In this document: positions 1-12,459 of the stretch, piece after piece
Layout: the number at the start of each line of letters is the position of its first letter
Position numbering within the stretch: position 1 is the stretch's first letter
Source of the DNA: Flaccisagitta enflata
Taxonomy: Eukaryota
Assembly: GCA_965153355.1 (NCBI GenBank)
Contig: OZ231126.1
Span: 29,140,001 to 29,204,000 of the forward strand
Length of the DNA stretch: 64,000 nucleotides
Direction of reading: 5' to 3'
Translations under genes and position numbers: made by a program
The notes under the pieces: model-generated
What the model was told of the DNA's origin: nothing
What the model saw: the letters and a program-made list of their open reading frames with translations, nothing else
Database searches by the model: none

Positions 1-1
1 A

Positions 2-304
2 CTGCATTCCATAACCGGGATAGTGCATTCAAAGCAGCAAACCGAGGAGGTCAAGGTCGTCCTTCATTGCCTCGATGCATGTCAAAAATCGGGGCTTTTT
101 CTCGTCTGTTGCAACATGATGCTGATGATGAGAAAGGTAAAAGGCGATGAACGCATCCATTTGGCGCATTGTATCCTCAGCGCGCGAGAATCTCTTCCCC
201 AAATTATTGTCGATGAAGAGCAACTCAAGCTTTGCTTCGACATCGCTGAACTTCAATGGGATAGATATTTTGAATATCTATACAAAACCGCGTTGCTGAA
301 TTGA
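2..304 (+). CDS. 3'-terminal exon of a protein tyrosine phosphatase-domain gene (D2/pseudophosphatase-like); 5' part lies outside the window
   Basis: Open frame ...KVVLHCLDACQKSGLFLVC...IHLAHCILSARESLPQIIVDEEQLKLCFDIA...* follows the PTP C-terminal pattern VVHCxxGxxRSG...R..RP.IVQ..EQY.FCY. Stop at 302-304; AATAAA at 497-502 is followed by a GT-rich tract. Confidence 0.7.
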   Translation: MHSITGIVHSKQQTEEVKVVLHCLDACQKSGLFLVCCNMMLMMRKVKGDERIHLAHCILSARESLPQIIVDEEQLKLCFDIAELQWDRYFEYLYKTALLN

Positions 305-496
305 TTGTCTATGGAAACTGGAAAGGGCATTTCCTGCCTAGATATCAGACATGGGCAATGCATTTGTTTTTCATGAATATCTAAGAAAATCACCCTGTCG
401 TTATTCTTGATTTATGATTCGTTTTTCATATTTTACTCTAAATGTATATACATATGAATTGAAACAAACAATCAAGTTATGTTTTTTTTCGGTACC

Positions 497-502
497 AATA
501 AA
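497..502 (+). promoter_or_regulatory. Probable polyadenylation signal of the PTP-like gene
   Basis: AATAAA ~190 nt after the stop codon, with downstream G/T-rich sequence (540-580). Confidence 0.45.
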
Positions 503-730
503 GGCAGCTCTCGCCGTTGGAAAAAAGTCGTAAGTGCGAGGTTTTGGAGTTTTTTGTGATTGTGTTTTGTCTGGTTGATTGCCTTTTTTTTTCCCAGGCA
601 TCTTTTTGGTGTGTTCCACTCTCTACATGTGTTTCTCTGTTTGTTCTTTGTTTGCCCGTCTCTTTCTCTCTCTCTTTCTTTCTCCCATTCTCATTTTCTC
701 TCTCCCATTCTCATTTTCTCTCTCCCCTTC

Positions 731-807
<77 letters not shown>

Positions 808-1741
808 ATCTCTCTCATGTAACAAGGGGTTACAATATTGTTGCAAACAGGTGAACAGAGGCATCCAACCCCCATCCACACCCCAACCCCAACCCCCACA
901 CACAAGCATCTAGACCGCTTGATTTTTCACTTTTCTACTCGGACAGACAGACGGACCAACAAACTGATGGATGGACTGACGGAAAAAGCCTCTCATAGAG
1001 TCCAGAGTTGAAATGAGAGAGAGACTGTGCTGCCAGGATGCACAATTATCACCTGGGACATTTCAAAATTCAAATAGACTACAACTAACTCGATGACTCG
1101 TTTTTGGGAAAAATGCAAAAAATGCGAAAAATATGAAAAGATTTAAAAAATCATAGCTCCAAAACTATCAATCGCACAGAATTCTGCTTAGCGTCATCTT
1201 AAAGAGGAGAATTAGTTCTTTCTTAGCTATTAATTTCATGCGTAGTCCCATTCTGCCCCCAAAATGCAGCAACTTTCTCAAACGCTTCATTAATCAAAGG
1301 GAAATCCGTTTTTCTCTGCAGGACTCAAAAAGACCGAAGGGACTTCGTCTCTTCGACTTTTTTCCAAACTACTTAGGATATCTTTTTTTCAGGTTCCAGT
1401 TGGGGGCTTCGCAAAGCAAAAAATTTGATTTTCTTCTCGTCCCACTAACCCAATACGGAGTGAAAGAAATCATGAAGATGATTGTTTTCCATTTTTTCAA
1501 AATTCCTTCATCTTCCGTTTTTGTTTTGGCCTTAAAGTTTCCTCAGATTTTCCGGAATTCAGCAAAATCCTGTGTAGTCTTGTTACAAAAGGAACAATTG
1601 TTTGTTTTAGAAAATCATGATTTTTTAAAAAATAAATTAAAATATCACAGCATAAGTTACGAAAGAGCTTGTAAAAATGCAGATTAATGATTCTTTAAAG
1701 AGCAGAAATTTGTAAAAGCTTATTTAAAAAAGATCAGCATA

Positions 1742-1917
1742 CAGTAGGACCCCGCCTCATCGGTCCCATTGGGACTGAAGATTTTTCACCTTTATCTCAG
1801 GATAACCTTTAAAGAGAGGTGAAATAACATTAAAAACTATCATTTGGGACCTCAAAATGTTAACTTTTATTGATGGGGAACCTTTAAAAACGAGGCTGTT
1901 ATTGCGGGGTTCCACTG
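1742..1917. mobile_element. Tigger/pogo-type MITE
   Basis: TIRs CAGTAGGACCCCGC / GCGGGGTTCCACTG; TA on the left, CA (degenerate TSD) on the right. Confidence 0.7.
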
Positions 1918-2952
1918 CACTTTTTTATCCCACTGCAATATACAAATTAGGCTCTCAAAAATAATTTTCTAAAAAATGGAAAATGAACGATTTTTGATAA
2001 AAGAAAAATGGTATGGGTCTTAAAATTGGCCACTCCACATTAGGTAAAGAGGATGAAAAGAAATAATCCACTTTTGCTATGTGAAGCACCCAAAGGTTCC
2101 AGTCAATTGAGGTCCCCATTAAGTTTCATCGAGTTTGGTTCCTAATGCGTAAAATAATTCCCTCTCTTGGCCTGGTGATCAGTTATACTGGTTTTGGTGG
2201 TCTTTATTGAAAATTGTATTACAACCTGTACTCGTCTCCCCAATGCAATGATCGCGATGGAATAATTCATACAACTCGATGTTCGAAAATTGTTCAATTA
2301 TTCGTGAAGAGAGAGTGTGACTGAACTTCAGCATGCTCTTGGTCGCCCAACGTTGGAAGAGCTGGTGAAGACAAGTTCATTGCTAAAATCTCTCAACTAC
2401 CAACCAATAATGTACTCTTTCTGATGGCGCGGTAACCCACTTAGATCTTGTTTGATCTACCACTCGACTAAAAAGAAAGCCGCACCCTATTTTGAGTTGA
2501 TGGAAAAAAAAATCATTTAAACATTTTTTTGTAATTCTAGATCAATCCCAGATCTGTATCTCAAACGGTTAGAGTTTGTCAAAATTATCTTCTTATATGT
2601 AAAAATGCTCATTTTTCGATGGGATTGCAAACTAAAAATAACAATGTTTCTACCATTTCTGATGCCATTTCTAAACCAATAAAGCTAGAATTGCCAGATT
2701 GGAGCCAAATAAAAAAAACTTTTCAACAGCTTCAAATCGATTTAAGATTTTAATAAGTTATATTGAAATTCAATATGTCAATTTGCCTTTTAAAAGTGCG
2801 GCTTTTTTATTGAGTCGAGTAGTAGCTCTACATTTATCTCTACTTTTTCATTATGTCTATCTGTTCTCGTGTCATTTTGTTTTCTTTGTTTTGTCCAATT
2901 GTGCTATACTTCTCGTGTGAATAAATGCCATTTATATTAACTTTCAACTTAC

Positions 2953-3086
2953 CTTTTCAGTAAGCTTCCAATGAATGCAATGAAAAGAACTAATGCAGGT
3001 CAAGCCAGCAGGCGACGCGACAGCTAGTTCTATTTTGACATCGGTTGACCAGCAGTCCGTTTTCCAGAACTGGCGGTTCTTTTTTT
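2953..3086 (-). CDS. Putative third exon of the DPP4-family gene (junction off by 1 nt)
   Basis: CAG acceptor and AAG|GTAAGT donor. One frame is open (..QFWKTDCWSTDVKIELAVA..) and resembles DPP4 VTWATQERISL, but it needs a 1-nt change in an A7 run to join the previous exon. Confidence 0.35.
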
Positions 3087-3149
3087 CTGATGCATATTGT
3101 TGAGAATTGTGGCAAGTGTAGTGTGTGGGCGTGAAGGAAATGAACTTAC

Positions 3150-3256
3150 TTTCGTCTGACTTCCTCCGGCGGCAGAATTTCTTTGGGTTGTTTTTCAGAT
3201 TTCATTTCCAGATTCGACATCAAAATTCGCACTTTTGGGAGTCGTTTTTCGCCAAA
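3150..3256 (-). CDS. Internal exon of a dipeptidyl peptidase IV-family (S9B) gene, beta-propeller region
   Basis: TAG acceptor, GTAAGT donor, phase 0 to 2. FGEKRLPKVRILMSNLEMKSEKQPKEILPPEEVRR parallels DPP4 AGAVNPTVKFFVVN...ITAPASML and joins in frame to exon 3879-4051. Confidence 0.65.
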
Positions 3257-3534
3257 CTACAAATGACATCAAGAAAAAAAAATATCAATTCAAAATGTTA
3301 GCTAAGTTCTTCTCATGAATATTGATTGAGAATTCATTTGTAAAAAACAAGTGGTTACCTATTTACTCCGTAATACGGAGGTCCATAAGTAATAAGTTCT
3401 ACTGAACCACAACTACAAGTACAACACTATCGTAACAACAACAGCAACAACAACAATAGCATCGTTATTAACAATATCAACAAAAAAACAAAAACAACAG
3501 CAACAATAAAAAAACAACCACCACCACAGAGATA

Positions 3535-3856
<322 letters not shown>

Positions 3857-3878
3857 TCCCCGATCCCATAAACTCAAC

Positions 3879-4051
3879 CTTTGGTATTGTTTTGGTCATA
3901 ACATCCGGGTAAGTTTTGCCGACAACGTCAAGAAAACCGAAGGAAGAAATTTGAGAGTCGTCGATTTCCAAGAAGCACAAAAGACGACCATCTGGGGAAG
4001 GCCAAGCCAAAGCAGATGACCAACTGGATGACGTGCCACCGAAAAAGTACT
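3879..4051 (-). CDS. Internal exon of a dipeptidyl peptidase IV-family (S9B) gene
   Basis: CAG acceptor, AAG|GTTGAG donor, phase 1 to 0. (E)YFFGGTSSSWSSALAWPSPDGRLLCFLEIDDSQI...TYPDVMTKTIPK matches the DPP4 pattern EEVF...SALWWSPNG..LAYAQFND...YP....YPK. Confidence 0.72.
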
Positions 4052-5142
4052 CTGAGGACGAAAGAGACAAGGTTTGGTTGGTTTTATCTTTTGTTTGTTT
4101 TTGTTTTGTTGTTGTTGTTGTTGTTGTTGTTGCTGTTGTGTTATTGTGTGTGTGTATTATTGTTATTGTGTGTATACATATTGTGCTGTGTGTTGTGTGT
4201 GTGTGTGTATTGTTGTGTGTGTGTTGTGTATTATTTATTGTTGTTATTGTTGTTGTTGACTTCATCACAGTCATTGTTGTGAATTTGTGATGCTTCCCGT
4301 CGGTTTTAGCGTGTTTATTGACATATCTCTCTCGTCCTCTTTGGTGATATAGCCTCGATAAAACAAGCTGCTCTTGTTTTGTTATTCTCTTTTCACGTGC
4401 TGAGAATAACGGATATATCCGATAACAGATAGATTAACGTTTATACGGCCCCGCTCTGGTGACAAAATGGCGTCCGATGGTGTTTCATTCGACACCCATC
4501 CCTAGATACTCCCTAAACAAGGCCAAGTAGGCCAATAAGGTGCGACGTGTGGATCGTCGAACGAATGCGTTACCCGACCAACAGACCGACAGACGGACAC
4601 AGCCAGTTATAGAGGTGCTTTGTCGCACCTAAAAAATCGAAATACCCGTTTTTGATCGGACGCGTGCACGAAACTCGCTCACAAGTCACCGCTACGTTAT
4701 TGGTTGGTCCGTCTGTCCATCCATTAGTTCGCTCGATTGAAACTACCAGATCGTCTCGAGGTGAATAATGCATCATTTCGGACATTGCCCCTGCCCATCC
4801 ACACGCCGCTCTGTCATTTATCTGATCGTTGAAGGTTTCGCAGAAACTTTGATACAAACATATTGATATGGGCTGTATAGTATAGCATATCAGTAAACAG
4901 AGCCCGTTTTACTTTGAGCGCATAAAACTGTGCGGTACGGCAAATGTAGGAACGATAAAACTTTCTCTCTCCGAATATCCTCTTTTTCTTTTTTTAATTT
5001 TCTGTCGATATGACCTGGGGCCTAGCCAACGACCTAAAGATATCAACGTCAAAAATTCAGCGACGTAGTCAAGGTATTTTTTTGAGTATGACTTTCGGAC
5101 AAGCATCATAATTTTTTTCGAGTCAAACAAATGCCGTTTATT

Positions 5143-5655
5143 TGGAAACATAAATTGCCAATAGTAATTGATATTTTAGTGAATCTAGAACAATTTTGAA
5201 TAGGTCTATGAGGTTCAAAAATAGCATTAAAGTGCTCAAAAGTGGAGAAATGACCTAAAAATTGAAAAATTGTCAAAGCTGATGTTTTGAAACAGTTTCT
5301 AAGGGTAAGATATGCTCTCAGTATGAGTTTCATCGATTTACTTGAAAAAACATGGCCGTGATAAGAGAAAAACGCAAAACCGCAATATACAAATGAGATC
5401 TTATTTGCATAATGCCGTTTCGCGTTTTCGCTTATTGTGGCCATGTCTTTTTAAGAAAATCAATGAAATTCACAGTGACAGCATATTTTACCCTAAGAAA
5501 CTGTTCAAAAACATCAGTTTTGACAATTTTTTAATTTTTAGGTCATTTCTCCACTTTTGAGCACTTTAATGGTATTTTTGAACCTCATATACCTATTCAG
5601 AATTGTTCTAGATTCACTCAAATATCAATTACTATTGGTACTTTATGTTTCTATA
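5143..5655. repeat. Long inverted repeat (foldback), ~210-bp arms with a short spacer
   Basis: About 5143-5365 is the reverse complement of about 5437-5655 (e.g. AAAGTGCTCAAAAGTGGAGAAATGACCTAAAAATT vs AATTTTTAGGTCATTTCTCCACTTTTGAGCACTTT). Confidence 0.85.
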
Positions 5656-5945
5656 AAAAAAAACTCAAAAATATTTCATTTTGTACCATTTTGTTAGGAA
5701 AAATAGCTGTTTTTGGCAAAAAAAAATGTTTCTTTTTTTTTTGGCTCATGATAGGCCAAAATAAGTATCAGATTCTTGTTCTACATGCTTTTTAGCACCC
5801 ACATGCAAAAATTTGTGATGGGTCCATTTTTTTTTTCATAACCCTTAGAATTGAGATTTTCTCCAACGGGATTCCTGGCCAGATAGGCACGTCCAATGCC
5901 ATTGGCAATGGCTGATTTTACGAGAGTATGATGGACCAACTTAAA

Positions 5946-6439
5946 TAGTCGCAAAAGCGTTAGATGGTCAGCGAAACCCGTGCCCTGCTTAAGTAGGTTG
6001 TGGTTGAAGTTGGGGGGGGAGCAGGGCAGCTGGCCCGAAGGGGTTGATGACCTATGCTTTCACACATATGGGGAATTTTCTCCTCCTTCTCCTCCTCCTT
6101 CTCCTTCTCTTTCTCCTCCGCACCTCCCCTCCCCCCAGCCTCCAGGCCCATATCTCAGCCTGAGCCCCTCTAATCCCGGTCTCGCGGCCCAAATCTCCAG
6201 TCTTGAGGCCCAAATCCCCTAGAGTTTTAATCTAGGCGCCAGGATTGATTTGGGCCTTGAAGCTGGGATTTGGTCCTCAGACTGGAATTTGGGCCTCGAG
6301 GCTGGGATATGGGCCTCCAGGCTGAGAAATGGGCCTGGAGGCTGGGGGGAGGGGGGATACGGAGAAGAAGGAGGAGGAGGAGGAGAAGGAGGAGAAAATT
6401 CCCCATATGTGTGACCCCTTCGGGGCCGCTGCCCCAAAA
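5946..6439 (+). mobile_element. Short non-autonomous element, family A (subterminal inverted repeats, internal 14-bp repeats)
   Basis: Starts TAGTCGCAAAAGCGTTAGATGGTCAGC, has inverted GCAGCGGCCCCGAAGGGG...CACACATATGGGG arms and ends GCCGCTGCCCCAAAA. Related copies at ~6948-7660, 7690-8310, 9469-9900, 19461-19873, 21747-22920 and 53256-54105. Confidence 0.75.
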
Positions 6440-6619
6440 CTGAGGTCCGTCATACCGACGGACTGACACGACCTTTCATTGAGTTGCTTAGACGTAGGGA
6501 GGAGAACTTCGTATGATATCAATATTTTGAGTAGAGCTAAATCGGTGATTTCCCATTTAGCCACTTATGTTTTATAAAAGAATAATGGTTAAATTGGCAA
6601 TTTCTCTTCCGCCCAACTC

Positions 6620-6719
<100 letters not shown>

Positions 6720-8339
6720 AAGCAAGACTGTATACACTCCCCCCCAGTCGCGGATGGGTAGGCAGGAGGAATAGCGAAAGGAACCCTCACATTTTTTTTT
6801 GGTTACCGACGGACCGACGGAACGACTGACTTACAGACCGACCGACAGAGCAGGGTCTAGAGTCGCGAGTCCGCAGCTAAAAATCTAATAACGCCCTTAT
6901 TTTGCTCATTTCATGGTCTCCTCTCTTCTCTTCTTATTCCTCTTTCTCTTTTTGGGCAGCGGCCCCGAAGGGGACGAAGTCCTGTAGAACACAGGGGTAC
7001 TTTTGTTCGTCCGTCCGTCCGTCTGTCCGTCCGTCCGTTTGTCCCCCCCACCAGGCTCCTCTGGCCTCAACTCTGGCCTCTAAGACCTCTAATCTGGCCT
7101 CTCAGACCCCCAATCTGGCCTCTCAGGCCTCAAATCCGGCCTCTCAGGCCTCAAATGCAGCCTCTCAGGCCTCAAATCCAGTCTCCAATCTCAGGCCTCA
7201 AACTGGGCCTCTCAGGCCTAAAATTAGGCTTCTTAGGCTTCAAATCCAAATCCTCAGGCCTCAAACCTGGCCTCTCAGGCCTCAAACTGGGCCTCTCAGG
7301 CCTCAAATCAGCTATCTGCGCCTCAGTGTATTGCTCTCAGGCTTCAAATCAGTCCTATTACCTTTAGAGCCTTAATCAAGCTCTCTTAAACCTCAAGTCA
7401 GCCCTCCCAAGCTTCCAGTTGGCATTCTCAAGCCTTACATCAGCCTTCTTAGACCTCAGTTCAGGCTCTTGAAGGCCTTCAGTCAGCCCTCTATAGCATC
7501 TCATCCACTTCTCAGGATTGAATGAAGTCCCCTGTGTTCTACAGGACTTAGTCCCCTTGGGACCCGCTGCCTGCTTCCCCTCACTCAATTAATCCTCAAA
7601 GCAGGGCAGCAGGTATCTGCTGACCCACATGTTATACACCAGGCGACCTGTTCTTCTCTTACTTACTCCTCCCATCTTCTTCTTCTTCCACATACGGGCG
7701 GCCGAAGGGGCTGCGACCTATGCTCACATAGGAAATTTCTCCATCTTATTTATCGCTTCTTCTCCTTCTCCGTCCCCCAAACTAGTCTTGGAGACCCAAA
7801 TCCCTGGCTTGGCTCAATCCCTTGGCTCAAATCAACCTCGGCTCAAATCCCAACCTCGAGGCTCAATCCCTAACCTCGGGCTCAAGTCCCAGCCTCAGGC
7901 TCGTCAGCACGAGGCTCAGATCAGCCTCAGGCTCATAATCCTAGCCTCAAGGCTCAAATCCCAGCTTGGAGGCTCAATCCCAGCCTCGGGCACAAATCTG
8001 ACAGGCTCAAATCCAACCTTGAAGCTCAAATACCCCAGCTTCCTGGGCTCAAATCCTATTGACTCAAATCCCAACCTCAAAGCTCAAATCCCAGCAGGCT
8101 CAAATCCTCAGCAGCTCAAATCCAGCCTCAGCTCAAATCCGCCTCAGGCCTAATCAACCTCAAGCCCCCAATTCAGCCTCAGGCCTAATTCCCATCCCTG
8201 GTCCAAAGCAACATGGTCATCTGGCCCTTCAGGCCACCTGCCTCTGGCCACCTCACCCATGTCCCATGAGCAACAGGTACATGACCATCTGTGCATATGC
8301 AACTATTCATCTTCTCCTTAACCGTCTTCCTCTTCCTTT

Positions 8340-8370
<31 letters not shown>

Positions 8371-9974
8371 ATTCTTCTTCTTCCTCTTCTTCATTATCTA
8401 CTTTATCTACTTCTTCTTCCTCCTCTTCTTCCTCATCTTCTTCTTAATCTCTTTCTTCTTTTTTCTTCATCATCTTCTTCTTCTTCTTCTCCTTCTTCTT
8501 CTTCTTCTTCTTCTTCTTCTTCTTCTTCTTCTTCTTCTTCTTCTTCTTCTTCTTCTTCTTCTTCTTCTTCTTCTTCTTCTTCTTCTTCTTCTTCTTCTTC
8601 TTCTTCTTCTTCTCCTTCTTCTTCTTCTTCTTCTTCTTCTTCTTCTTTTCCTTCCGCATTAGCCCCTCCTTGCTCCTGCATGTACTTCTCCCAGTGACTC
8701 TCATCCACTCGGCCCTTCACGTTCAGCCTTTAATACAAGGAAGTTATTCCTCGGTCCTTCGAAAGAAGTTATAACAGTAGACCAGCATCTCTTTTAAATG
8801 TATATATTTTAGATTCGAAAAACAGTTTAAGTGTAAAAGTGTCGGTGAATCACCGTTGAGTTTAACTCGCTTCGATATATAAAAGGTTATTTCCCCCGAA
8901 AAAGGGTTGAATTTGAATATTTTCCCAGTCGTTGCCAAGTAAAGAAAATTTGTTTTTGCCGGCGAAAAAAATGGCTTAACATCACATTTTTTCGGGATTA
9001 GTCAACATCAGGTGAGCCAACTAAAAAGCATAAAGAAGTCTTTAAGAGGTTGCCCCGCATGTAAAAAACTGCATCGGGCCGCGAAACATTCATCATGGAA
9101 GCTTTTTAGCTGCTTGCTAGGCGACTCGGATAAGCAACTTTTCGGTCATGCCGTTTTGTCGCGCCTGCAAGCGAGCCCATAACTCTGCCCGTCTGTCCGT
9201 CGGGCAGTTAACACTTTTCCTTGATGGGCTGTTGGGGCTCTTTATTCTTAAAAGAATAGTAAGATTATCTCCAATATTTCGTCCTTGAGGAATCGATATG
9301 GGATCGAGATGCTGCAAGCTGCAGGCTGCTGCACGGCAACAACAACAACAGCGTCGCCATCAAACAAAACAACCACGTCATCAAACCGTCATTTATAAAC
9401 CAAGTAACCTGAGAAGACCTCCTTGATGGGGGGGGGGGTTAAGGGGTGCAGGTGACGCAAGAAAACTTAATAGTCGCAAAAGCGTTAGATGGTCAGTGGT
9501 GCCCGTGCCCTGCTTAAGTAGGTTGTGGTTTAAGTTGAGGAGGGAGCAGGCCAGCGGCCCCAAAGGGGTCGATGACTTATGCGTTCACACATATGGGGGA
9601 TTTTCTCCTCCTCCGTCTTCTTCATTTTCTCCTCCGTCCATCCCCCCTCTGAGGGCTTCAAGGATGGTATTTGGGCCTTGAGGTGGAGATTTGGGCCTCA
9701 AGGTTGGGATTTGAGCCTCAAGGCTGGGATTTGGCCTCAGGCTGGGATTTGGGCCTCAGGCTGGGATTGGCCCTCGAGGCTTCATGAAGCAGATTTGGCC
9801 TTGGGCAATTGGGCCTGAGGGATTGGGAAGGGGGGCGGATCAAGAAGAAGAAAGAGAAGTTCATATGTGTGAAAGCATCAGTCATCGACCCCGCCAAAAG
9901 ACGATGTTTTAGTTGGGCTGTGACAAGGTCCTTGTTGGAAAAGCCTCGACTTTGATTAGGTCTGATCGGGATGG

Positions 9975-10290
9975 GACGGGTCTGGTCACATTGGGTCAAT
10001 TCAGGTCAGGTCAGGTCGGGTCAGCTCAGGTCGTATTAGGTCGGGTTAGGTCAGATTGGATCAGATTGATTCGCGTCAAGTTGCTCTGGGTTGGGTCAGG
10101 TTTGGTTTGATTGGTGTGGGTCGGGCCGGGGCAGGTCAGGTCTGGTTGGGTCAGCTCAGGTCATGTTAGGTCGGGTTGGGTCAGATTGGATCAGATTGAT
10201 TCGCGTCAAGCTGCACTGGGTTGGGTCAGGTTTGGTTTGATTGGTGTGGGTCGGGCCGGGGCAGGTCAGGTCTGGTTGGGTTGAGGTGGG
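9975..10290. repeat. GGTCA/GGTCG pentamer-based repeat with a 130-bp higher-order duplication
   Basis: 10021-10150 is repeated at 10151-10280. Confidence 0.85.
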
Positions 10291-10360
10291 TTTCGTGGAA
10301 GTCATGAGTGAGTATTAAAGATTTGACCTGAACTTTTTGTCTCTTTCCATCGATGCTCAG

Positions 10361-11107
10361 GAAATGTTTTATTTTCGACAACAGAGGCAACGATCAACTT
10401 GAATCTTGGGGAACATCCGATTGCGGATGCGACTACAAACGGAATTGAAGAAGATGCGAACCAGGATGCGGATGCGAATTTAGATGCGAACCAGGATTCA
10501 ACGGCGATAGTTGATCCGGACGCGGATTCAGACGCGGATTCAGACTACAAAACGGATGCGGTAACAGATGCGGAAAGAGATGCGGAAAGAGATGCAGATG
10601 ACAAGTCTGAGTTGTCTGAATCATCGTCTTCATCATCATCATCAACACGGGAAAAGGAAGTGTTGGAGACAGGGAGGGGGAGTGAAGAAGAAGTAGTAGA
10701 AGAAGATGAGGAGGAGGTGTATGAGGAGAGAGATGAGGAGGAGGCAGAGGAGGAGAGAGATGAGGAGGAGGCGGAGGAGAAGGGACATGAGGAGGCAGAT
10801 GATGCAGAAGAGCAAACTCATTCCGCGTCTATAGTTCCCTCATCGCAAGTAGACATTGTCAATGAAAAGGACGATGACAACAACAAGGACAAGGACAACA
10901 AGGACAAGGACAACAAGGACGACAACAAGAGGAAGAACAAGGAGAATACGTTTGATCCTGATGATGATCAGCCGCAATTTCCATCCCCAATGTCAACACT
11001 GCCATTATCCCCACAATCTGCCCCACAATCCACATCATCATCATCATCATCATCTCAAGTGTCAACACTGATTATCAAGGATCAGGATATCTTGTGTCCG
11101 TCAAAGG
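10361..11107 (+). CDS. Large internal exon encoding an acidic, low-complexity (D/E/S-rich) region of an unidentified gene
   Basis: Pyrimidine tract and CAG at 10358-10360; ~249 open codons; phase-1 donors after 11107 (GTGAAG) or 11113 (GTGTGT). Joins in frame to 11736. Confidence 0.6.
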
Positions 11108-11124
11108 GTGAAGGTGTGTCTTGA

Positions 11125-11230
<106 letters not shown>

Positions 11231-11639
11231 TGTGTGTGTGTGTGTTTGTGGGTGTATGTTAGGCTGGTTACCTGAAGGGTTAATTTGGCTCAAAATTTAA
11301 AATTCCTCCGCCATCTAACCATACACTCTAAGCGGTATTTGGGCAGTAAATCAGACAAGCAGAGGTCGGTATTTGATCAAGAAACCCGCACGGCAACACA
11401 ATGGTAAAGTATATGAAAGCAATTTTACGCCCATTGTAACTCTATAGTGTTGCCGTGCGGGTTTTCTTTCCAGATACCGATCTCCGCTGGCCTCAATTTC
11501 TTTTTAAATATGACGTAGAGTGTATGGTTAGTTGGCTGAGGCGTTCTGAAATTTGACCATATTTGACCCTCCAGGTAGCCGCCCTGTATGTCTTTTTGAT
11601 AGAGGGAGATCATCTTATTACATCTAATCACCATACACA

Positions 11640-11728
<89 letters not shown>

Positions 11729-11735
11729 CTTTCAG

Positions 11736-11888
11736 ATGGATCTGGCATCAGATTCGACAGCTGTTCCGGACGAGTATCCTTGCCATTCAAGAAGCGCATC
11801 AGCAAGGTCGTCATTGAAGCTGCTCCTCAACTTGCCAGCAGAATCAAAATGATCAATTTGAAAGCGAATCCAGTAAAAATAATCGAGG
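11736..11888 (+). CDS. Internal exon, possible start of a leucine-rich-repeat region
   Basis: (CT)n...TTCAG acceptor, G|GTGAGT donor, phase 1-1, 153 nt. (D)GSGIRFDSCSGRVSLPFKKRISKVVIEAAPQLASRIKMINLKANPVKIIE ends in an IxxIxLxxNxVxxI LRR-like motif. Confidence 0.6.
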
Positions 11889-12028
11889 GTGAGTTTGATT
11901 ATGGTCTCACTTTTTAAGTAGGGTGACTTTCGCCGTGAAAGAAAAAAGTCTTATAGGCTGGTGTGGACAGCGACATTGAACAACCGATGTTGTTTTGACC
12001 ATGATTGTTTTTACATCTATCTTTCTAA

Positions 12029-12075
<47 letters not shown>

Positions 12076-12459
12076 CATATCTATCTATCTATCTATCTGT
12101 CTATCTAACAGTAGCAAAAGAAATACAGTCGAGCTTCACTAGAGCGCATCTCAGGGGACCGGACAAATTCATGCCTTATAGGCGAGGTGCCTTATTGCCG
12201 AATATGACTATTTCTATGAGAACTATCTATTCAAGACGCCATGATATCTCTTCTAGCTTCATGATGTATCCTTAACATGAAAAGAAACAGGGGATAGAAA
12301 TGGAACATTAGCAGTAATGAGAATGCAAAATTATTATTATCGTTTTATTTTTCGTCAACATGAAATGCGACAATCCAAGCAACAGTCAAAATCATAGACA
12401 ACTACTCTACTACACAGAATCCAGCAACCCAGTCCCACTAGTTTCAAGAAAGAGTAACA

